Made by a program: the position numbers and the translations under genes. DNA of 64,000 bases from Deltaproteobacteria bacterium. GTDB lineage: Bacteria; Bdellovibrionota; FAC87; UBA2466. Below, in pieces: positions 37,929 to 45,003 of the stretch; positions within the stretch are counted from its first letter, which is position 1; every line of letters begins with the position of its first letter. A model generated the notes under the pieces. It saw nothing but the letters and a program-made list of their open reading frames with translations. It ran no database searches and was not told the DNA's origin. The DNA is taken from the NCBI GenBank assembly GCA_016196825.1, contig JACPWY010000019.1:22644-86643 (forward strand), read 5' to 3'.

Positions 37929-39033
37929 CAAAGAGGAACGTGAGAAGGACTGCCACCGCATGGACAGTCCGGCTCCGCTGGTAGGCTCTCAGTCTTTCTC
38001 TGGGCAGACTCTTGAGACCCAGGCCGTAGAGATAGTTGAAAGTGACCCCGGCGGCATGGGTCAATCCGAATAGGAAGAAGTTCCAGCCGAGGCCGTGCCA
38101 GAGTCCAATGAGAGAAAAGACGACAGTGATTCCTAGGATGATCGCCCAATGGGCGGATTGTGGCCCGAGCCGATGGATGAGGGTTTTAGTGAGCGGCAAA
38201 AACACGATCGTCTGCATGTATTCGGACAGTGTAATGTGTTGTCGATTCCAGAAATCTTTTATATTGCGGGCGGCAAAGGGCTGGTTGAAATTTTCCTTCA
38301 CCCGAATGCCAAGAAGGCCGGCCGTGCCGATGGCGATATCGCAGAAGCCGGAGAAGCTGAGAACGATCTTCAGATAGGTGGCAATGCACGCTACAGCGAG
38401 ATCGATCGGCGGATGAATGGCGTTTTCGGAATAGACCTTCTGGAAGGAAATTTGATCCATGAGAGGGGCTAAGACGAGAAATTTTGCGAGCCCCACCAGA
38501 ACTCGGATAACGGCCTGCGTGGCTAGGCCCTGGGTCTGGGGAAGTGGGGACTGGAAGGTGGTGAGTGGACTGATGGGACCGACATTGAGAGTCGGAGCGA
38601 ACAGCGCGAACGAAATGTAGGCGGCAAAGGAGGGAAAGGTGGCCGTTCCGTTTCGAACCTCGAGCGCTGCGAAGCTGAGACGAAAGGCTAGAAAGGAGAT
38701 TCCCACGAGAAAAAGTCCGAGCGACTTGACCGTTGCCAAAAGGAAAAGTGGGAAAAGGAAAGCCAACCAAAAGGATCTGTCTTGGCGGTGCCCGAATCTC
38801 TTGAGAAGCCCGTAGTGAATCACGACAATGATGATGGAGAGAATGGTGAGATGATCGGCCTCGGTGGGTGAGATCTTCTGTGAGGCGCAGACGATGCGGA
38901 CAATGAAGCGGATCGAAATGAGGTTGAGCGCGGCAAAGAGTGATTCACCGGTAGGTGAGTGAAGCCGCTGCAACGTGCGGCCGGCTCCGACATAGAACAG
39001 CCAACCCACAAAAATGCGGGTCCACGAATACAC
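37855..39033 (-). CDS. MBOAT family membrane-bound O-acyltransferase (AlgI/DltB-like)
   Basis: Polytopic membrane protein. FWNRQHITLSEYMQT and GLWHGLGWNFFLFGLTHAAG resemble the conserved FWRRWH…/WHG histidine region of AlgI/DltB. The 3' end overlaps the FkbH gene convergently by 74 bp. Confidence 0.55.
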   Translation of the reverse strand: MYSWTRIFVGWLFYVGAGRTLQRLHSPTGESLFAALNLISIRFIVRIVCASQKISPTEADHLTILSIIIVVIHYGLLKRFGHRQDRSFWLAFLFPLFLLATVKSLGLFLVGISFLAFRLSFAALEVRNGTATFPSFAAYISFALFAPTLNVGPISPLTTFQSPLPQTQGLATQAVIRVLVGLAKFLVLAPLMDQISFQKVYSENAIHPPIDLAVACIATYLKIVLSFSGFCDIAIGTAGLLGIRVKENFNQPFAARNIKDFWNRQHITLSEYMQTIVFLPLTKTLIHRLGPQSAHWAIILGITVVFSLIGLWHGLGWNFFLFGLTHAAGVTFNYLYGLGLKSLPRERLRAYQRSRTVHAVAVLLTFLFVSATFLLFANSLAEIDRILRLTQL

Positions 39034-39141
39034 TAAAACCCTCCATAGGCGAGGGTGGGGTCAAAGACCTCTCGCGGGATGAGCGCAATGAGCCGGAGGC
39101 TGAGCAGGGTGAGCATCAGGAGCGTTCCCCAGAGGGCGAGC

Positions 39142-40374
39142 TCAGAGAGTCGAGCTTGGTGCTGTTCCATAGATCTCCGCCAGAGTGGGGGTGACAGCTC
39201 GGGTGAAGAGTCTAGCCCCGTTGATGTTGAAATGATTGACGTCGTAATAGAGGCCCCGAACCTCGTCTTCCGAAAGACTGGAGAAAAGATCGGCCGGCAC
39301 AACGCCTGCCACAAAGAGATTGGGAGCGGGAAAGCGCCTCCTCCAGTCTTGGCGCAACACGATTGTGTGATCCGCGCGATCGAGAAACCGAGGCATGTCC
39401 AAGAGCACGACCTTTGTCCCGTGGGTGAGCGCGAGGTCCACCGCCTTGGCGAAAAAATAGGCGTCGTAAGGGGGAAGCGGTCGGTTGAGCGAGGAGAAAT
39501 TGTTTTGTGTGGCGGGGGAAAGAATAGTCCCTGTCGCACCGGTCGAAATATTTTTTTCTTGGAAGGACGGGTCTTCAGGGAAAGTTCTTGCGCTAAGAAG
39601 AGCGCCCGTTGAGGAGATGGTGGGATCGGATGGGTGAGAGTGTCTAGAACCTATCTCATAAATAGTTTCTACTCGGCTGGTCAAAAAGCCCAGGCTCTTC
39701 GTCCTCCGCGCTCGGCTGCTCGACGTGCCCAGAGGGCACGCCTCCGCGGCCTCGCTTGTGCGTCCTTGATCCAGGGCTTTTTGACTCAGCCTCGCTACGA
39801 AACTATTTATGAGATAGGTTCTATTTCTCAGAAGGCCTAAGACATGCCGTGGAGCCCCTAGATAGGAGTAGGCCCAGAGTCTGAATTTCGAGGGAAGATC
39901 GAGGCCGTTGAGCTCCCCGATGTGTTCTCCCGCGATCCACCAGTAGAGCGAGTAGTAGTGGGGTTCCTTTCGGCCCGCATCGCCCTCGGGTGGATCGATG
40001 ACGACCGTGTGCACTCGGCGTCGTTGGAGGAGCTCTTTCAAAAGAAGATAGATCAAATCTTCCCCTCGCCAGTTTGCGCCAAGATTCAAGGTGACCAATT
40101 TTTTTCCAGGCACCAGGGTCTCGGCCAAGAGATCGGTGTTCACTGCGTTCCAGATGTAAGACGATCCCAAAACAAGGAGATCGATGTCGCCGGTTTCTTC
40201 GAATATTGAATGAGCCATGAACTGGTAGTGGCCGCCGTGGCTCGGTGCGGAATGAAACTTTTGCTCCGGTCGATAGCCCGGCAGGCTCGGAAGAGCCCAC
40301 GGCAGAACTAACAGGAATGCGAGCAGAGCGCAGAACAGCCAGCCCTGCATGCGAGTGGAAAAGGCTGGCTCCAT
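39142..40374 (-). CDS. DltD/AlgJ-like (SGNH-type) extracytoplasmic protein carrying an in-frame MITE-like insertion
   Basis: N-terminal signal/TM (WLFCALLAFLLVLPWALP). C-terminal DAYFFAKAVDLALTHGTKVVLLDMP…LYYDVNHFNINGARLF resembles DltD/AlgJ acyltransferase-partner proteins. Residues about 178-245 are encoded by repeat copy B (39645-39823) with no stop. Confidence 0.45.
   Translation of the reverse strand: MEPAFSTRMQGWLFCALLAFLLVLPWALPSLPGYRPEQKFHSAPSHGGHYQFMAHSIFEETGDIDLLVLGSSYIWNAVNTDLLAETLVPGKKLVTLNLGANWRGEDLIYLLLKELLQRRRVHTVVIDPPEGDAGRKEPHYYSLYWWIAGEHIGELNGLDLPSKFRLWAYSYLGAPRHVLGLLRNRTYLINSFVARLSQKALDQGRTSEAAEACPLGTSSSRARRTKSLGFLTSRVETIYEIGSRHSHPSDPTISSTGALLSARTFPEDPSFQEKNISTGATGTILSPATQNNFSSLNRPLPPYDAYFFAKAVDLALTHGTKVVLLDMPRFLDRADHTIVLRQDWRRRFPAPNLFVAGVVPADLFSSLSEDEVRGLYYDVNHFNINGARLFTRAVTPTLAEIYGTAPSSTL
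39645..39823. repeat. MITE-like palindromic repeat, copy B (full)
   Basis: Perfect 24-bp terminal inverted repeats (agaacctatctcataaatagtttc / gaaactatttatgagataggttct). Inner arms are tactcggctggtcaaaaagcccagg / ccagggctttttgactcagcctcg. Conserved core cttcgtcctccgcgctcggctgctcgacgtgcccagagggcacgcctccgcggcctcgcttgtgcgtcct. Confidence 0.7.
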
Positions 40375-40454
40375 GGAGTGAAGTGTACCCTACTGAGGAG
40401 CTCATGGTTAAGGACACCGCAATGTACTGGCTTGTGATCGAAGCCACCGTCACT

Positions 40455-40534
40455 TCAGTCGGCGCAGTTTGAATACTTTTTGGTATACCGATTTGTATTA
40501 AAGAATAGATTTTGGTATACCGAAAAGTATTCAA
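40455..40534 (+). promoter_or_regulatory. AT-rich putative promoter/operator with duplicated palindromic site TTGGTATACCGA
   Basis: gaatactttttGGTATACCGAtttgtattaaagaatagattttGGTATACCGAaaagtattc carries two copies of GGTATACC (self-complementary), flanked by inverted gaatactttt / aaaagtattc. It lies immediately upstream of the AAA_14 gene. Confidence 0.4.
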
Positions 40535-41677
40535 GTGGGGATTCCTTTGAAACGCTATCTGACAACTTGGTTGAAAACGGCACTGAAGGAAAAGATGGTT
40601 TTTGTGGGTGGGCCGCGCCAGGTCGGAAAGACGACTTTAGCATTTCAACTCCTGGGGAACGCGGATCCTGAGCAATCGGCCTATTTCAATTGGGATATTC
40701 ACGGGACAAAGACGCGGATTCTCAACCATGAATTGCCGGTGGATCAGAAACTCTTAGTGTTTGATGAGATTCACAAGTACCGACAATGGCGGAATTTTCT
40801 GAAAGGGCTTTTCGATCAATACAAGTCAAAAAAGGAGATTCTCGTTACCGGGTCTGCGCGACTGGATGTTTTTCGAAGGGGGGGCGACGCTCTCACTGGT
40901 CGGTACCACTATTATCGATTTCATCCCCTGTCGCTCTGTGAGATCAGTCAGCAGCCAAAATCGTCCGATCTTGATCATTTGCTTAAGTTTGGGGGATTTC
41001 CAGAGCCATTTCTCAAGGGAGAAGAGCGCGCTTGGAAGGTGTGGCAGAATGAACGCGTTACTAGAGTCGTTCAAGAGGACCTGATTTCCTTGGAGAGGGT
41101 GAACGAGCTCAGTCAACTCAGTCTCCTTGCGGAAATATTGCCTATCAGAGTCGGAAGTCTCCTCTCACTCAACAACCTTCGAACTGAGCTCAAGGTCTCT
41201 TACGAGGCTGTCGCAAGGTGGATAGAGATCTTCGATAATCTCTATTACTCCTTTCGCATTTCCCCCTTTGGGTTTGCCCCCCTGCGGACGGCCAAGAAGG
41301 AAAAGAAGCTTTACCTCTGGGACTGGTCTTCTGTTCCCAATGAGTCGGCAAGAGTGGAAAATTTTGTGGCCAGCCATCTGTTGAAATATTGTCATGCGAG
41401 ATATGATCACTTTGGAGAACGGTTGGAGCTACTCTTCTTACGCTCACCGATTGGCAAAGAGATCGATTTCCTCGTGTGCGATCGAAAAAAGCCGGTCTTC
41501 GCCGTGGAATGTAAGTCAGGGGATCGGGAGGTGAGCTCGTCGATTAAATACTTTGCCCCACGAATGCCCATCCCGCGCTTTTTTCAGGTCCATCTCGGGA
41601 AAAAGCATGTCGAGGTGAAGGATTATCGCACTGAGATTATCCCCATGACCCAGTTCGGGAAATGGCTGGGTGTCTAG
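40535..41677 (+). CDS. AAA_14/DUF4143 family ATP-binding protein
   Basis: Walker A GGPRQVGKTTLAFQLL and Walker B LLVFDEIHKYRQWRNFLKGLFD. 380 aa. Its stop abuts the ACP gene's GTG start. Confidence 0.65.
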   Translation: MGIPLKRYLTTWLKTALKEKMVFVGGPRQVGKTTLAFQLLGNADPEQSAYFNWDIHGTKTRILNHELPVDQKLLVFDEIHKYRQWRNFLKGLFDQYKSKKEILVTGSARLDVFRRGGDALTGRYHYYRFHPLSLCEISQQPKSSDLDHLLKFGGFPEPFLKGEERAWKVWQNERVTRVVQEDLISLERVNELSQLSLLAEILPIRVGSLLSLNNLRTELKVSYEAVARWIEIFDNLYYSFRISPFGFAPLRTAKKEKKLYLWDWSSVPNESARVENFVASHLLKYCHARYDHFGERLELLFLRSPIGKEIDFLVCDRKKPVFAVECKSGDREVSSSIKYFAPRMPIPRFFQVHLGKKHVEVKDYRTEIIPMTQFGKWLGV

Positions 41678-41929
41678 GTGGATGCAGGCACCGTGCTGTT
41701 GAGGCTCCAGACCATTTTTGACGACCTGCTTCTTCAGCCGGTCACGCTCACGCCAGCGCTCAGCGCCGATGAGGTCGAGGAATGGGATTCCCTGTTACAG
41801 GTGTCGATCGTGGCCGCGGCCGAAGAGAGATTTGGCATTCAGTTTCGCACGGGTGAAGTGGAGGCGACGCGGAATGTGGGTGATCTGGTCGCCTTGATCC
41901 AACGGCATCTTTCCCGTCAGGCAGGTTGA
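41678..41929 (+). CDS. acyl/peptidyl carrier protein (phosphopantetheine-binding)
   Basis: GTG start. …ADEVEEWDSLLQVSIVAAAEERFGIQF…VGDLVALIQ has the DSL Ser motif and four-helix ACP pattern. Confidence 0.65.
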   Translation: MDAGTVLLRLQTIFDDLLLQPVTLTPALSADEVEEWDSLLQVSIVAAAEERFGIQFRTGEVEATRNVGDLVALIQRHLSRQAG

Positions 41930-43383
41930 AGCGTGCCGGTCGGAATGGGGAGTTCTTCCTGGTGTTCGGACCTGAGTCCGAGCTCCGTGATCACGGCCGA
42001 TTCTTGGTAGGATTCGTAGTCGGTGTTGATGTCCCAGAGGTTGTGCTTCGCCCCTTGGTTTATCTTTTCAGCGGCGAGGAGCCCCATGAGGAGGCTGTGA
42101 TCTTGGTTATTGTATTTGAAGGAGCCATACCGACCGATGGGTGTGAGATTGTTGATCCCATTGATCCACTTTGCGATGTGGCTGACCAAGGTCTTGTATC
42201 CTCGTCGATAAACTGGGTAGCAGCGATTGAGCCGCTCGACATGGCCGCGCAGGATATTGGCCTTGCCGATGAGCCCCGTCTTGCGGAGCTCCGCCGAGGC
42301 CGTTGCGGCGAGTGAGTCATGCGAGTCGCTCCAGAGGGTGTCGTCTCTATTGCACCAATATTCGAGGGCCAAGATCGAATTCTCGGATCCTCGGTGGAGC
42401 TCGGGGACCCAGTTGCGAAAATTGGTGATACGACCGGTCTGGAGTTCGGGAGAGTGGACGTAGATCCAGTTGTCGGGGAAGAGGTTTTTCGAGTCGATCT
42501 CGAGATAAACTAGGATCGTGTTGCGAAATGAGAGGCCATCGACGGCGGCGCGGACGGAGTCGGGAACACCGGAAAGGGATTTCACCAAAAGTGTCAGGGG
42601 CATCGTGGAGACGACGTGATCATAAAGACGTTTTTCTCCGGTCGATAGCTCGACACCGGTGACATGGCCGTGGTCAGACATCAGTCTTTGAATCGGTGAG
42701 TTGAGGTAGACCTTGTTGCCCTTTCGCTCTATGAAGTCGGCCATCCGAGTGTAGAGTGCGCCGGAGCCCTCCTTGGGATAAGCGAAGCGATCGACGAGCG
42801 TTTTATGTTGGGTGGTTCCGATCTGAAAAGCGTTTTTGATCGCCTCAAGCAACGAAAGCTTCTTGATTCGTTGAGCCGCGAAATCGGCATCGAGATCTTC
42901 ACAGGAGATGCCCCAGAGCTTTTCGCTGTAGGTCTTGAAAAAAACCTCGAAGAGTCGCCTCCCAAAGCGCGAGGTGACCCATTGTTCAAAGCTCAAATCG
43001 TGCGACGCGGCCCTGGTCCGGAATTTTTCCGTGGCGTAGCTCGCGAGACAGCGCGTCGATTCCCATCCGCCGAGATTCGAAAGCGCGTCGAAAGGCTTGA
43101 GCGGGTAGTGGAAGAATCGCTTTCGGTAATAGATTCGCGTGAGGCGGTCGATCATCGCGTAGTCGCGGCCGATCACCTCGAGCCAGAGGCGGTTGATCCG
43201 GGCGTCGCAGGAGAAGAATCGGTGGGGGCCGAGATCCACGCGTTGTCCCCAGAGGTCGAACGAGCGTCCGAGGCCGCCGACAACGGGGGCGGCCTCAAAC
43301 ACATCGACCGAGTGGCCGGCCTTTGAGAGCTCGTAGGCAGCCGTGATACCAGCCGCGCCGGCTCCGATGACCGCAGTTCTCAT
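41917..43383 (-). CDS. FAD/NAD(P)-binding oxidoreductase (amine-oxidase / UDP-galactopyranose-mutase-like fold)
   Basis: MRTAVIGAGAAGITAAYELSKAGHSVDVFEAAPVVGG is a dinucleotide-binding GxGxxG motif plus the oxidase-family GG motif. Confidence 0.6.
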   Translation of the reverse strand: MRTAVIGAGAAGITAAYELSKAGHSVDVFEAAPVVGGLGRSFDLWGQRVDLGPHRFFSCDARINRLWLEVIGRDYAMIDRLTRIYYRKRFFHYPLKPFDALSNLGGWESTRCLASYATEKFRTRAASHDLSFEQWVTSRFGRRLFEVFFKTYSEKLWGISCEDLDADFAAQRIKKLSLLEAIKNAFQIGTTQHKTLVDRFAYPKEGSGALYTRMADFIERKGNKVYLNSPIQRLMSDHGHVTGVELSTGEKRLYDHVVSTMPLTLLVKSLSGVPDSVRAAVDGLSFRNTILVYLEIDSKNLFPDNWIYVHSPELQTGRITNFRNWVPELHRGSENSILALEYWCNRDDTLWSDSHDSLAATASAELRKTGLIGKANILRGHVERLNRCYPVYRRGYKTLVSHIAKWINGINNLTPIGRYGSFKYNNQDHSLLMGLLAAEKINQGAKHNLWDINTDYESYQESAVITELGLRSEHQEELPIPTGTLQPA

Positions 43384-43467
43384 TCAGACCCCGCAGAGCG
43401 AAACAAAATTTGTTGCGAAAAAATGGCCAGGATTCGCGGGGGACCCCGCAGCTCCAGAAAATGATTT

Positions 43468-43532
43468 TAGAACGTATTTCATAAATAGTTTCTACTCGGC
43501 TGGTCAAAAAGCCCAGGCTCTTCGTCCTCGCG
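43468..43532. repeat. MITE-like repeat, copy C (left half only, solo arm)
   Basis: tagaacgtatttcataaatagtttctactcggctggtcaaaaagcccaggctcttcgtcctcgcg matches the left 65 bp of copy B. No right arm is present. Confidence 0.6.
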
Positions 43533-43574
43533 CCTGGCCTGGGATTTCGGTGGGTTTCATGCTAAGACCAACCG

Positions 43575-44657
43575 ATGACGCAAGCACCAGAAACCCCTTC
43601 GGACGGCCGAGTTCTTCTGATCACGGGCGCGGCGGGTTTCATCGGCGCTAACGCGTGCCGCTATTTTTCCCAACGGGGCTGGCAGGTTGTGGCTCTTGAG
43701 TCGCCCAAAACGATCGGGTGGCGACTCAAAGGAATAGATGGCATTACGCGTCTCAAGGTGGACATCACGGATGCTGTGGCGGTGCGGGAAACACTGCTCC
43801 GTTGCCGGCCGCAATTTGTGATGAATTGCGCGGCCTACGGAAGCTACCCAAGCGATCAACGCCAGGATCTGATCTACCGCGTGAACTTTGATTCGGTTCG
43901 CGCGATGCTCGAGGTCTTGAAGGATTCCCCCGGGCTTCGAGGTTTTATTCAGGCCGGGTCATCCTCCGAATATGGATTCAACTGTGCGGCCCCCCGCGAG
44001 AATATGGCGTGTGAACCGGATAGCCACTTCTCCGTTTCGAAGTTGGGGGCGACTCAACTCGTTCAGTTTTATGGTCGTCGATTCAACGTGCCCGCGTGGT
44101 CATTGCGCTTGTCTTCGGTCTACGGACCACTCGAAGAATTCTCGCGCCTGATTCCTCAGATCTGTTGGAAGGCCTTGAAGGGGACACTGCCCGATCTTGC
44201 TTCCCCTGAGATCTCGCGGGACTTTGTTTACATCGACGATGTGCTTGAGGCCTTCGAGGCTGTGATGATGAAGGCGGACTCGTTGGCCTGCGGAGAGGTC
44301 TACAATATTGGCAGCGGGATCTGCACGACATTGGGGCATCTCGCCGAGACGGCCCGAGAAATATTTGGAATCACGGACCTTCCGCGCTTTGGACAGTTTG
44401 CCGACCGCGGGTGGGATCACCCCTCTTGGTATGCCAACCCGGAGAAGGGGGTGGCGTTCTTGGGGTGGAATGTGCGCGTACCGCTCGTCGACGGGTTGAG
44501 AAAAACCTACGCATGGATGGAGCAGAATCCGGAAACGGTTCTCGCGTCTGAGAAGTACAGCATTATTCAAAGAGGGAAAGGCAATGTCGGCTTTGGCAGA
44601 GACGCTGGCGCGCGACGCTCGGGAAATCCGGAAGCGCCTCCTCAAGCCTCACCTTGA
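43575..44657 (+). CDS. NAD-dependent epimerase/dehydratase family protein
   Basis: VLLITGAAGFIGANACRYF is a Rossmann motif. 360 aa extended SDR. Confidence 0.75.
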   Translation: MTQAPETPSDGRVLLITGAAGFIGANACRYFSQRGWQVVALESPKTIGWRLKGIDGITRLKVDITDAVAVRETLLRCRPQFVMNCAAYGSYPSDQRQDLIYRVNFDSVRAMLEVLKDSPGLRGFIQAGSSSEYGFNCAAPRENMACEPDSHFSVSKLGATQLVQFYGRRFNVPAWSLRLSSVYGPLEEFSRLIPQICWKALKGTLPDLASPEISRDFVYIDDVLEAFEAVMMKADSLACGEVYNIGSGICTTLGHLAETAREIFGITDLPRFGQFADRGWDHPSWYANPEKGVAFLGWNVRVPLVDGLRKTYAWMEQNPETVLASEKYSIIQRGKGNVGFGRDAGARRSGNPEAPPQASP

Positions 44658-44694
44658 CGCCAAGGCGGGTCACATTGGCGGTGGAGTTCATTGA

Positions 44695-44997
44695 CTACTG
44701 GGCGACTGCGGCCTCCCGGGGGCGCGCGATGGTCGGTGCCTCAGGCATGATCTGCACAGCGAAGTAATTGTGAGGTTTGGTGCCGGTGAGTACTCCGAGC
44801 GATCGGGAGCCTACAATCACGATGTTCCCCGAGAACGCGATAGGGGCGAGGTCGTTTACGTGAAAAACAATCGCTCTGTCTTCAATATGATGGCCGTAAA
44901 AGGTGGGTGGCACCTGGAAAGAAACCGTCCGTTTCGTTCCGTCGGGATAGCTCAGGGCTAAACTTTGTTGGGGGACTCCCATGGGTTGTCCGGGCAT
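44695..44997 (-). CDS. hypothetical small protein (100 aa)
   Basis: Same strand as, and 7 bp downstream of, the large lipoprotein gene. No recognisable motifs. Confidence 0.25.
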   Translation of the reverse strand: MPGQPMGVPQQSLALSYPDGTKRTVSFQVPPTFYGHHIEDRAIVFHVNDLAPIAFSGNIVIVGSRSLGVLTGTKPHNYFAVQIMPEAPTIARPREAAVAQ

Positions 44998-45003
44998 TCC
45001 GAC

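Noticed and set aside
39634-39840. 68-aa ORF entirely within MITE-like repeat copy B
   Set aside because: It is the translation of the repeat element. Its paralogs at 43343..43651 and 43295..43507 are the same repeat in other frames or strands. There is no independent coding evidence.
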